A stretch of 64,000 nucleotides of DNA, taken from Eledone cirrhosa. Its lineage: Eukaryota. The DNA lies in the NCBI GenBank assembly GCA_964016885.1, contig OZ024741.1, positions 237,088,001 through 237,152,000 of the forward strand, read 5' to 3'. The notes under the pieces were generated by a model, which had not been told where the DNA came from, did not search any database, and was given only the letters and a program-made list of their open reading frames with translations. Shown in pieces: positions 1-11,490 of this stretch. Positions within the stretch are counted from its first letter, which is position 1, and each line of letters opens with the position of its first letter. The position numbers were made by a program, and so were the translations under genes.

Positions 1-212
<212 letters not shown>

Positions 213-397
213 CAAAAAAGCACCCAGCCCACACTGTAAAGTGGACGTGTAGGCGCCACGAAAAAAAAAACACCCAGCACTCATTGTAAATGAGGTTGGT
301 GTTAGGAAGGGCATCCAGCTGTAGAAATCAAGCCAGAATCAGTTCCCGTGTCACCCTTGCAAGCAGGGAAAAGCGGACGTAAAATGATGATGATGAT
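213..397 (+). mobile_element. 3' part of RTE-related SINE with (GAT)n tail
   Basis: Near-identical to 39010-39255 (GCACCCAGCCCACACTGTAAAGTGGACGTGTAGGCGCCACG ... GTTAGGAAGGGCATCCAGCTGTAGAAATC); ends in ATGATGATGATG. Confidence 0.85.
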
Positions 398-969
398 ATA
401 TATATATATATCTGTCTGTCTGTCTGTAACTATATAAAATGTACACATACATTTACTATTTCAATCATGATATTACAATAGGAAGTTTGCTTTTCTATCA
501 CAAAGTCCTGGTTTTTAACCTTACATATGTCCCCATAAATAATTATTTCTCCAAAGTTACTCATGCATTTAATCCTATATGTTATTTGTACATATATGCT
601 GAACATTTATATAATTATATCCTAGAAATAAATTATTAAAATATCATTCTTATCTTTAATCACCTCCATGTGTCAGTAATCAGCATAAACTAGAGTGTTT
701 TTTTTTCTTATGCAAACCATTATTTATCAAAACACAAATTTTCCAGTTTGTATGATTGCTCATATATCTAGTAATCCTGGTATATATGGCATACAAATCC
801 TGGACTCCAAAATTTAAATCTGTTCAATGCTATTACTGTCATGTCATTATTGATGGCATGGCCCCCACAAATAATAATATTCAATGAGAATGTGGCTGGC
901 CTAGTTTATAGAACATTGAACTTTGCTAAAGTTAAGGTCAGCAGATAATATTCTGTCATTGTTTTGATG

Positions 970-1243
970 TGTGGTGATTTGGTAGACTTAATAGGATTAA
1001 AACTATTCTGGATCACTGTGCTTTGAGTTCAAATCCTGTCATGGTTAGCTTTGTCTTTCATCCTTTCAAGGTCATTAAATAAAATACCAGTTCAGTACTG
1101 GGGTCAATTCTTTCTCTGGGAAAAATAGGTTGTGCTCCGTCCTTGAGAGGCATGTGTTTTGCCAGGTTTAAAATGTCCAAGACATGCTGCGTGTCAGGAC
1201 CACATCCCTATGACTATGTCAAAAGTTAAGGGTCCTTAACATA
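970..1243 (+). mobile_element. Degenerate tRNA-head SINE (long-tail variant)
   Basis: B-box-like GAGTTCAAATCC at ~1025, core CTTTCATCCTTTCAAGGTC...TACCAG, tail GTTAAGGGTCC shared with 21002-21340, 32975-33275 and 59910-60222. Confidence 0.7.
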
Positions 1244-1389
1244 CCATTGTGATAATGGGCCAAGACATATATTTTTTCACATCTGGTGTTTATTTTATCA
1301 ATCTTGTTTTGTTGAACCGACAGACATGGGACACAAAGAAACAATAATGCATACATATACATATATATATAGTGAAGAAATAGAACCCC

Positions 1390-2495
1390 CAACAGTGCCA
1401 GAACGATGTAGCATAAGTGAACTGAGAGAAAAACTGAGCATCAGAGGAATTGGATGTAGTGTGAAAGAGAAAAGACTGCATTGGTATGGACATGTGATGC
1501 ATGTAAAAGGTAACAACTGCATAAAGAAATGCAGAGAAATCCCAGTTGCTGGGATACACGGAAGAAGCAAACCCAGGAAGACTTTGGATGAGGTAGTAAA
1601 GACTAACTTTAAGAACTTGAGATAACAAAGGGCTGCTAGGGCTGGTGCTATGTTCTGATGATGAAGATTCGGCCACAAGCATACAATGTGACCTGGACCC
1701 ATCCCTGTCCCCATTTCCACTAGCACTCACCACCACTGCACTCCCCCATCCATTGCCCCTCCAGTACTACCCCAACTACTCCCTCCCTAAAGCCCTTAGT
1801 TACCCTCACCATCACATCCTAGTAGCTACTCTCTGCCCTCTATGTACCTCCTTTACTACCACTACTTAGCTATTTCTCCATCACTACACCCCCATCCTTG
1901 CACACTATTCACCACACCTTACACTACTACATCCCCTCTGGCCATATACTGTCACCCCTTCCCCTTACTTGTCAACCTGCTAAATCACCACACTCACTAT
2001 ACACATATGATTTCATTCCTATCGCTTCCTCCACACAATTTCCCGAGCAGAGAAGGTTCTTCAGTTGGGACTGTGATAAATAACTTCTCTAGTGATGATG
2101 CCACAGAAAGGTGCCTGATACACCCTGTAAAGTGGTTGGAGACATTTGAGAAGACTCCTCAGTTGTGCCAATGGCACAACAATCGCTCTTGTGTTGGTTA
2201 TCTACATGATAAATGCAGTACACGATGTAAAGTGGTTAGATAATAGGAAGAGCATCCAGCCATAGGAAGCTCACCAAACAAAGAGTTGGGAGGACACTCC
2301 AGTTGTATCAAAGACATGACAACCTCTCTAGTGCTGGTACCTTGATAAAATGCACTTGGTAGAGCGTGGAACTATATGTATGCGAGATGCAACCCCCCGA
2401 CCTGTCTGAGAGGTTAGTAGCCCTGCTTTAGTACTAACTTGGTCTGTGAAGACTTGTCCAACCCTTGCTGGCAGGAAAAGTGGATGTTAAATGTT
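1390..2495 (+). mobile_element. 5'-truncated RTE LINE 3' fragment with degraded 3' UTR
   Basis: ORF 1326-1625 has ELREKLSIRGI...RLHWYGHVM...GRSKPRKT, homologous to the C-terminus of the LINE at 50718-52932; tail AACCCTTGCTGGCAGGAAAAGTGGATGTTAAATG at ~2460-2493. Confidence 0.75.
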
Positions 2496-2498
2496 ATA

Positions 2499-2602
2499 CT
2501 AGACCACCTGTGACCCATTGGGTCAGGTTCACTTAAAAAATAATTTTTAAATAATTAAAATATACACAGACATATATATAATGTAAAATGAAATTGGAAG
2601 GC

Positions 2603-2656
<54 letters not shown>

Positions 2657-2734
2657 ACCTATTATAATTTCATTCAACAATACCACCAGTTCTCTCTCTC
2701 TCCCTCTCTCTTTCAATCTTCTCTCTCACAACTA

Positions 2735-2782
<48 letters not shown>

Positions 2783-2930
2783 GAAGGTATCCGAAAAAAC
2801 ACTGTATCTCAGGAATCTGCGCTCCGATTTACGTGAACCTTGTTTTTATTCCATTTGTATTCCGATTATGCGCTGTTTTGACTGTATTACATTACAGACA
2901 AGCACACAATCACAGGGTTTTAGTTATATA
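2499..2930 (-). mobile_element. Non-autonomous Helitron-like element, copy 1
   Basis: Minus-strand 3' end CTAG|T (2499-2502) with subterminal hairpin TGACCC-ATT-GGGTCA (2511-2525); internal microsatellites; tandem partner at 2931-3495. Confidence 0.7.
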
Positions 2931-3480
2931 CTAGACACCCACACCCCATTGGGTCACATTCACTTAAAAATAATTTTAAAATAATTAAAATATACAGATA
3001 TGTATATAATGTGAAATGGAATTGGAAGGCCTATATATATATACATGTGTGTATGTATATATATAAATGTGTGTGTGTGTATACACATGTATATATATGT
3101 ATGTATGTGTGTGTATATATATATATATATGTGGGTGTGTGATCTATATACACTGGTCATAGACACATACACACACATAATATATATACACACACACTCA
3201 CAACACCATCATCTCTCTCCTCTCCCTCTATCTATGTCTCTCTTCAATCTACTCTCTCACAACCACTATCTCTTTCTCTCTACCTTTCTCTCTCTCTGTT
3301 TATGAAGGTACCTGGAAAAACCCTATATCTCGGGAACCCATGCTTTGATTTACGCAAAACTTGTGTTATTCCATTTGTATTTCCATTTCAGAGTCAACTT
3401 CCTTTCAAAGAATTTTCCCATTATGCACCCTTTTGGCTGTATTACATTACAGACAAGCAAGTAAGCAAGCAATCACAGAC

Positions 3481-3495
<15 letters not shown>
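2931..3495 (-). mobile_element. Non-autonomous Helitron-like element, copy 2 (head-to-tail with copy 1)
   Basis: CTAG at 2931-2934, degenerate CCCATTGGG hairpin, same internal blocks (TTCACTTAAAAATAATTTT; ATGAAGGTA; CTGTATTACATTACAGACAAGC; TTTAGT). Confidence 0.7.
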
Positions 3496-3523
<28 letters not shown>

Positions 3524-3526
<3 letters not shown>

Positions 3527-3737
3527 TGGCTGCCAACTCGTTTTCGAGTACGGCCACTACTTTATATCCATGTAGGAGAACCCCTACCGATGCGCTGAAC
3601 GAGTGTGACTTTTTAGTCCAGCCAGCGACTTGAAAACTCTGGTACAAACACTACACTTGTGACAAACATTGACACATAGTGCTGGGCCCATGGTACCCTC
3701 TGACGACAAGTGCAGAGAGATCTCCAGATATAAAGCA
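3524..3737 (-). mobile_element. Non-autonomous RTE derivative (5'-truncated) retaining one C2H2 finger
   Basis: Near-identical to 15831-16050; minus-strand ORF 3691->3584 [35 protein letters not shown]; flanked by (TA)n. Confidence 0.85.
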
Positions 3738-4440
3738 TATATATATATACACACACACTCACACAACAGGCTTTCATCCACACAGTTTCTGTCTACCAAA
3801 TCAGACAAAATACTTTGTGGTTACAATTTTCAATTTTCTGTTTTCAAATCCCTCCCAAGGTCAACTTTGACTTTTATTTTTCTGGGATCAATAAAATAAA
3901 TTGCCAGTTATGTAACTCTTCCCTTCCCTTCTCTGTCCATTGTGTTGTTTCCGATAAAGAAATAAATTATTATTATTATTAATGTTATTAGGGTGATAGG
4001 TGGCAGAACTAGTAGAGCAGTGGGTTTTAGTATGTTTTCTTATGTTCCAAGTTCAAATCTAGCTAAAGTCAGCTTTGCCTTTCATCCTCCCAAGGTTAAT
4101 GAAATAAATTCTAGTAAAGTAACTTCTCTGCTTCCAAATTTCTGGCTTTGTGTCTGTGTGATAAATTATTATGTTATGCCTGTATCTTATACAGTGTGAG
4201 GCTAGAACCTTACCTCCATTAATCTAAACTGCTACAGAAACAACGAGGAAATACTTGGTTAGTGAGTAGGCCCATGACAAGGTTTGCAACCATGTAGGAT
4301 AGAGATCTCTGATTGCCCAATGTTCTATAGAAAGTAAAAAGCACAAAAAGAACAAAAGATGAAGTTTCTATCTTAATGAAACATTTCCGTTATCTTACAT
4401 CCAGTGTTAAATTAAAATTTATTGATAACTCATCTATCTC

Positions 4441-4698
4441 TTCTTTTTCTTCATCATCTTCTTCTAAACTATAACCTTTAACCTTTTCTTGTTGTTTTCT
4501 TATATTGCAGATAAAAATACAAAAACAATGCTCATAGAAGAAGGGTCACTTGAAAAAACACTCCACTCTGTTCAGAAAAGAAGACCACATATCAATTAGT
4601 TGAATACAGACATACATATATACACACTCTCACACACATAGACACATATTCATGCACACTTCTTTTTCTGTCACACTTGCTCTGTTTGTGTGTGCATA

Positions 4699-4753
<55 letters not shown>

Positions 4754-4785
4754 TATAGTGTTTGTTCTCTTTTTATTATTTTAAG
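4441..4785 (+). promoter_or_regulatory. Candidate 3' splice acceptors upstream of ZNF gene 1 (AG ending at 4510 and at 4785)
   Basis: Long polypyrimidine tract ending TATTGCAG (4510); TTTGTTCTCTTTTTATTATTTTAAG (4785), 25 nt before the ATG. Confidence 0.5.
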
Positions 4786-4809
4786 GAAGGACTTTTTAAA
4801 GAAATCTCT

Positions 4810-6720
4810 ATGAACTTTGAAGCCAACATGGAGAAGCTCCCTTCGGATGGAAAGCCACCTGTCCATGGGAATATTGCTCGCAAGCAGTTTCCCTCAACCC
4901 CTAATACCCTTCAGCCTCATCGAATGCAAGATGTCAATGACAAAACGTTTCCAAACCAAACATACGTGAACCAGTTTGCCCAGAGCTACTATCTACAGAC
5001 TCATGGTCTGATGCATACAAATCAAAAGTTATTTCATGGACACATCTATGGCAACCAGTTTCCACAGAACTGCTACTTCCAGACATATGAAACGATGCAT
5101 GCTATTGAGAAGCAGACACAGAGTGCTGCTGCTGCAGCAGCTGCCGCTGCTGCTGCACCATGTCCCAAACAATCTCCGCAAATGCAGCCCATTGTAAACA
5201 ATAAGCCAGCAGAAGCCATTGTGCCGAAGCCACAGCCACCTTCAACACCTGTGAAGCCATACCAATGCGATACATGCCCTAAACAATTTGCTCGCCGAAA
5301 CACACTGCAGTTGCATCAGAGGATCCATACTGGTGAAAAATTGTTCCAATGCAGCTTTTGTGAAAAACAGTTTATCCACAGAGATAAGCTACAAATCCAT
5401 GAAAGAATTCACACAGGCGAAAAACCCTTTCATTGTGAATTTTGTAATAAGCAATTCTCTCGTAAGGACAAACTGAAAATTCACCGAAGCACGCACACTG
5501 GAATCAGACCATACAATTGCAGTTACTGTGAGAAACGATTTGTCCAGAGAGATAAGCTGAAAGTCCATGAGAGAATCCACACCGGAGAGACGCCCTTTCA
5601 CTGTGAATTTTGCACCAAACAATTTTCCCGCGGTGACAAGCTACAATTACATAGGAGGACACATACAGGTGAGAAATTGTTCCATTGCCATTACTGTGAA
5701 AAACAGTTTGTTCATAGGGATAAGCTTCAGATACATGAGAGAATTCACACAGGTGAGACACCTTTTCACTGTGAATTTTGTCCGAAGCAGTTTTCCCGTA
5801 AAGACAAGCTGAAAATTCATAAAAGTACACATACTGGCGAAAGGCCATACCAGTGTAAATATTGTGAAAAACAGTTTGTCGAAAAGGGGAAAATGAAGAT
5901 CCATGAGAGACTACATACGGGAGAGAAGCCTTTTCACTGTGAATTTTGTCCCAAACAATTTTCTCGGGGTGACAAGCTGCAGTTGCATAGAAGGACACAC
6001 ACAGGTGAGAAACTGTTCCAGTGTAATTATTGTCCAAAACAGTTTGTTCAGAAAGACAAACTACAAATTCATGAAAGGACTCACACAGGAGAGAAACCCT
6101 TTCATTGTGAGATCTGCTCGAAACAGTTTGCAAGGAAAGATCGTTTGCAAATCCATCGAAGGACTCACACGGATGAAAAACCTTTCCATTGTGAAATTTG
6201 CTCAAAAAAATTTGCCCAAAGATATCACTTGAAGATTCATAGACGAATACACACAGGAGAGAAGCCCTTTCACTGTGAGATTTGTCCCAAGCAATTTGCT
6301 CGGAAGGACAAACTGCAGATACATACTAGAAGTCATACGGGCGAGAAACCATTTCAGTGCGATATATGTCGAGAACAATTTGTCCGGAAACCACAACTGC
6401 AAGCACATAAAAAGATACATGCATCTCCCGACAAGCCGCTGAACTGTGAAATGTGTATGCAACAATTCACACAGCGAGACGCTCTTCAGATGCACCACAG
6501 AATACACGCCACTAGTACATCTCCTCCACCGCAGTGTGACATATGTACAAAGCAGTTTGCCACCATGGAAGAAATGCAAAATCACAAAAGAATACATAAA
6601 CCTGTCCGGAACAATTTCTTGAAGCCAACTTCATGCAAGAATATCAAGGAGTACACACCAATGAGTACTCTGTTATGGCAGACTCTCTACCCAGGTCCCG
6701 GTTTACAGAACCAAGTCTGA
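4810..6720 (+). CDS. Poly-C2H2 (Kruppel-type) zinc-finger protein: 16 fingers, N-terminal relic fingers and poly-Ala tract
   Basis: Uninterrupted ORF; 16 CxxC-x12-H-x3-H motifs, most joined by TGEKP/TGEKL/TGETP-type linkers. First ATG at 4810 (the track starts at an upstream TTG); alternative ATG at 4828. Confidence 0.95.
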   Translation: MNFEANMEKLPSDGKPPVHGNIARKQFPSTPNTLQPHRMQDVNDKTFPNQTYVNQFAQSYYLQTHGLMHTNQKLFHGHIYGNQFPQNCYFQTYETMHAIEKQTQSAAAAAAAAAAAPCPKQSPQMQPIVNNKPAEAIVPKPQPPSTPVKPYQCDTCPKQFARRNTLQLHQRIHTGEKLFQCSFCEKQFIHRDKLQIHERIHTGEKPFHCEFCNKQFSRKDKLKIHRSTHTGIRPYNCSYCEKRFVQRDKLKVHERIHTGETPFHCEFCTKQFSRGDKLQLHRRTHTGEKLFHCHYCEKQFVHRDKLQIHERIHTGETPFHCEFCPKQFSRKDKLKIHKSTHTGERPYQCKYCEKQFVEKGKMKIHERLHTGEKPFHCEFCPKQFSRGDKLQLHRRTHTGEKLFQCNYCPKQFVQKDKLQIHERTHTGEKPFHCEICSKQFARKDRLQIHRRTHTDEKPFHCEICSKKFAQRYHLKIHRRIHTGEKPFHCEICPKQFARKDKLQIHTRSHTGEKPFQCDICREQFVRKPQLQAHKKIHASPDKPLNCEMCMQQFTQRDALQMHHRIHATSTSPPPQCDICTKQFATMEEMQNHKRIHKPVRNNFLKPTSCKNIKEYTPMSTLLWQTLYPGPGLQNQV

Positions 6721-6877
6721 AGTCCGATCTTTATTTCTGCTTCTTCAAATACAACCCTTCACAGCATCCCACCTACTAAAATATAAGAAAATAGCTGAAG
6801 TCAATGACTAAGGCTAGAGAAGAGCTTTGAACCTTGAATTTGGCAGGAAAATCTCACCAATATAAACTTTTCTTTTG

Positions 6878-7066
6878 ATATATATATATATGCATAGTGT
6901 ACACATTATATATGTATATATACATATAAATATATGTATATATATGTATATACATATATATCTATAAATATATACATATATATCTATAAATATATACATA
7001 TATATCTATAAATATATACATATATATCTATAACTATATACATATATATCTATATACATATATATG

Positions 7067-7160
<94 letters not shown>
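6878..7160. repeat. (TA)n-derived tract with a ~24-bp unit (TATATATCTATAAATATATACATA)
   Basis: Unit repeated about 4 times from ~6955, downstream of the ZNF1 stop. Confidence 0.85.
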
Positions 7161-7890
7161 AATTTTTTTCTACTGTTCAGTTCGAGATCATTACACTTTT
7201 CAGTGTGTTTGTGTATCGGTGAGTAAATCTCGTTGAACTTTGCCCATTCCCCCAACAAAAATGCTTCAGTTCATATGTCTGCACTCAGTTCTACTTTCAC
7301 AGCTGGCTACACACATTAGAGCTCTATGTTTACTCCATTTTCTCCTCCTCCTCTTCCTAACCAAACTCCATTGAAATAACGACAGATTCTCATTGAAGCT
7401 TATCTCTAGAAAACAACCTGATACCTATATTCAGAAATGGAGGAAAATTTCTACGAAAATCTTTTTCTTTATTTTTTTAAACAGGACATATTTTATGTCA
7501 CTTTGTTCTCCCAGAAGAATCCCACTATTGAACTGTTTTCAAAATAAGAATTAAATACAGCCACCATTGACCTAACTTTCTACATCATTGGCCAGAAAGA
7601 GGCCTGAGAAACTGACCAATCAAGAAGGGTTTCTCTATCTATTTTGTTTTAATCCAGTTCAGGCAGGAATTACATTGAAAGAAACACAGTTGATTGGATT
7701 GGCCTGTTTCTGGAAAATGTCTCTCTTCCTGTTATGGAAATATCTTCACTCTTCAATCTTTATTCTGAGACTGTTAACTTATATTCTTAGAATAGCAGTT
7801 ATTTACACCAACTTATATGTGTAGGTGTATACATACAAGTGCACATACATACATACATAGATACTTATACACATGTGTGTGTGTATATAT

Positions 7891-8236
7891 ACAGAGGGGG
7901 AAGATGCTTGTGGGTTGGGATATATCCCCAGTGTTGCTGGCTACTGATACAAGTTATTTGATAGTCTGATATATGTATATGTACAGTTAACTGTATATAT
8001 ATATACACACACACACACACAAAATCAAACATACATACATATATGCACACATAAATACAAGTATGTGTTCAGCAGTGTATTTACTAGTCAGTATCTCACA
8101 TTAGAAGAATCTCCAGCCAAGGAACTCTATAGTGTTAATACTGTACATATAACTATATCAAGCTATCAAATAACTTGTGTCAGTGGCCAGCAACACTGGG
8201 GATATATCCCAACCCCCAAGCACCTTTCCCCTCTGT
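7891..8236. repeat. Inverted repeat, arms ~7891-7987 and ~8140-8236
   Basis: GGGTTGGGATATATCCCCAGTGTTGCTGGC vs GCCAGCAACACTGGGGATATATCCCAACCC, with continued imperfect pairing on both sides. Confidence 0.9.
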
Positions 8237-8439
8237 TGCCAGTGACTACAGGCAAGGTGGTGAGGGTCAGGTCAGTTGTTTGATAATATTTCAATAATGA
8301 CTGTGTGCTCTGTTGATTATATTTCACATGGCACTTATATATGATAACTTCATCTATCCACTGTTGTACTTCAAATAACATTATATTGTTGAGTGTGAAC
8401 TGTTTATGTATCTTTCTCTCTCTGACTCTCTCCTTTCCA

Positions 8440-8620
<181 letters not shown>

Positions 8621-10204
8621 CCTTTTACTACTACAACAGTTCCTATTGAATTGAGCAAGATATCTACCAAATCCATCCAATGCACTCATCTTTCCTCAAT
8701 TGCTGCTGTCTCTCACTCCAGTCCTTCCTTACACTACTCTGCAACTCTCAATCTATTCATGTGACCCACTATAGACATCAGCCTCAACAATTTGGCAAGG
8801 AATATGTCCACCAATCCTCTTCTTTGGACTTCTGCCATTCATTGACTCAATACAGTTCAAGTTGAACATAACTGATTTCAATCTCACCAGTCTCAAAGGT
8901 CTTGTGAAGGTCATGAGCACTGCCCCTTTCTCCAAACCTATTTTTTAAAATGTATTAAAAGAAAACAGCAAGATAAAATTCTTACCCCATCTGTTTATGT
9001 TCCAGAACTAATCTTCTACATGTTCCCAAACCAACTTGAACAAATATACTGATCTATCTTTGATGTTTGTCTCTGGAACTCTGCAATCTCTATAGTCACA
9101 AATATGTTAAATGATCCATAGCTCTTATTCACACCATTTCATCCTTTCTTTTCTTCACATGGGACTTAATATTTATTTTACCAACAAATACACTCTATTC
9201 ATTTCCATATGAGTTTTCCTCCTCCTCCCTTGTTTTTTTTAGGGGGAGGGTGGTCTGTTTAAAACATTTATTTGCTAGAGTATTCACTTCTTCGAAGTTG
9301 AATACTTCTACTTTATCAATGAGACATTCCATTTCTTTTAAAATTCAGTAATTGGCTGAAGATCGTGATATTCTAGAAAGTGACACATTTTACAACTTGT
9401 AGTCATCTTCTCTAAGATGGCTAGGACAAGGAGTAATGCACATGATCTTTGCAGGGCCTAGAAGATTGGTGAGATTGATGGTTTGAAATTCTGTAGGAAA
9501 AAACAAAAACAGAGAGAAGAATTCCAGAAGGCTGAAAATATGAGGAAGAAGGACTAGGAGAAATAAAAGCGGGTACTTACTAGTTGTGAAATTAATCTTA
9601 TGTTCAAGACTTTATTCATGTTAAAAACATTACATGTTTGATTTAAGATATGTGGCAAAAACAAATGATAACAGATAGAGTTATGTACAGAATGAAGACA
9701 GAGGAGGACTGGGTCATACAGTCAAAGAAGTCAGAAGATGAAATCGATAGATTTATGGGCATTGCATGGATGAGGTACAGGATAGGAACAATTGGCATTA
9801 GCTTAAGGTTGTCATCTTACAGTGGGCAGATAATGGCTGAGAATGGTGATGATGATGATGATGATGGTGTTTGGTAGTCACATCACAGAACGTTTGTGTT
9901 ATTTTATAAGAGTGGCTTTTGATGAGGCACAGAGCATTTAAATATTTTTACAGAAGAGGAAATGGGATTTTGTGGCATTCGTGACTTTTCAAACTACATT
10001 AGCTGTGTATGTGAAGTGAAATGGCTTCAATAGGTTGATACCGAATTGTGTTGTCAATTTATTGGGAGCTTAACTCTAACAATTCCATTTCTTTTCTGTA
10101 ATAATAACAACCATGGTAGTTGAGGTAATTGTTATTTCACAAGAACACCTAAGTAATAAAACGAAAGTATTAAAAACTAAAGACAGCTTTTAATAATTAG
10201 AAAG

Positions 10205-11490
10205 TATAGTGTGGTGGATGGGCAGAATTGGTAGAGCATTGGATAAAGTGCCATTGTTCTTTATCTTTACATCACAGGTTAACTTTGTCTTTCATCCTTC
10301 CAGGATCAATAAAGTAAAGTGCCACTCAAGTACTGGGGTTGATTCAATCAACTTTGCCCTTCTTCCATATTTACTGGCTGTAAGCCTAAATTAGAAATCA
10401 ATAATTACAATGTGTTAAGTATGCGTGCATAAAATTGTGTGTGTGTGTATATATATGACTATAGTTACAGTCCTTTATATTATGAGTTCAAATCATGCCA
10501 TGATCGATAAGATGATGGGAGTCCATTAGATCACTTGATCATTACTTATAACTTTGGCAGGGCTTGAATACATAACACTGGATGTTTTTGGTTTGTATAA
10601 GCTAATCAGGGTAGAAAAGCCGGGGATCATGATCTTTCCAAGGGTCTCATTGACTGATTTGATCAGTTCCCTGCCTGAAGATAAGGCAGAGGGACAGGTG
10701 TGTCCAGGAATGTGCCTAGAGCTTGCAACAGAATGAATTTCACTAAAGCATATTTGACATAAAAATCAATACTGGGTGGATTAAATCAATTATACATTTG
10801 CCCCCCACCAAAATATATGTTAGAAATCATTATTGACATCAGCAGGATTTTTACATTCTGAGATCAAATCCCATTATGTTCAACTCTGTCTTTCATTCTT
10901 CTAGGGTTGATTTAATAAACTTTGCCCTTCTCCAAATTAGAAATCAACATTATTTTTATTATTATTATAAAGGGCGGTAGATTGGCAGTATCAGTAGAGC
11001 ATCGGACAATATGCTTTACTGCATATAGTTATGGCCCTTTGTGTTCTGAGTTCAAATCCCACCAAAATTAGCTTTGCTTTTATGCACTGAATTCGATTTC
11101 ATCAACTTTCCCATTAAATTGCTGGCCTTATGCTAAAAAGAAAAATTATTATAAACAGCGTTGGTTTTGCAGTATCATTAGAACGTTGGGCATTGTTTTG
11201 AGTTTAAATCTCACTGATATCAACTTTCCCTTTCATCCTTCCCAAAGTTATAAAGTTTCAGTCAAGTATTGGGATCAATTTAATTGACTATCCTTTACAA
11301 AATGTCTGCTCTTGTGCCTATGTTAGAAATATTTTTTTTATTAAGGCTGGTGTGTGTGGCAAAATTGGTAGAGTATTTAGTAACATCACTGGGTTCTTGA
11401 CTCAAATCCTGCTAGGACCAACTTTGATCTTAATTCATTGGTGGATGGGGGTTGATAGATTAAAGTACCAGTTATGTACTGGGGTAGGTT
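10205..11490 (+). mobile_element. Cluster of ~5-6 co-oriented tRNA-head SINEs (short-tail variant), several head-to-tail
   Basis: Repeated TGGCAG..T..TAGAGCAT head, GAGTTCAAATCC B box, CTTTCATCCTT...TAAAGTACCAG...TACTGGGGT core and TTAGAAAT-(ATT) tail. Confidence 0.75.

Noticed and set aside
4948-5115. Idea that A-to-I editing (Tyr to Cys) reactivates the relic fingers of ZNF1
   Set aside because: Only the second Cys positions are TAY codons; the first Cys positions (AAC, GGA) and a His->Tyr change cannot be restored by A-to-G.
5073-6597. Antisense and alternate-frame ORFs overlapping ZNF1, and poly-Cys/Val/Thr ORFs over ZNF4 (57788-58377)
   Set aside because: Shadows of repetitive coding sequence with no independent motifs.
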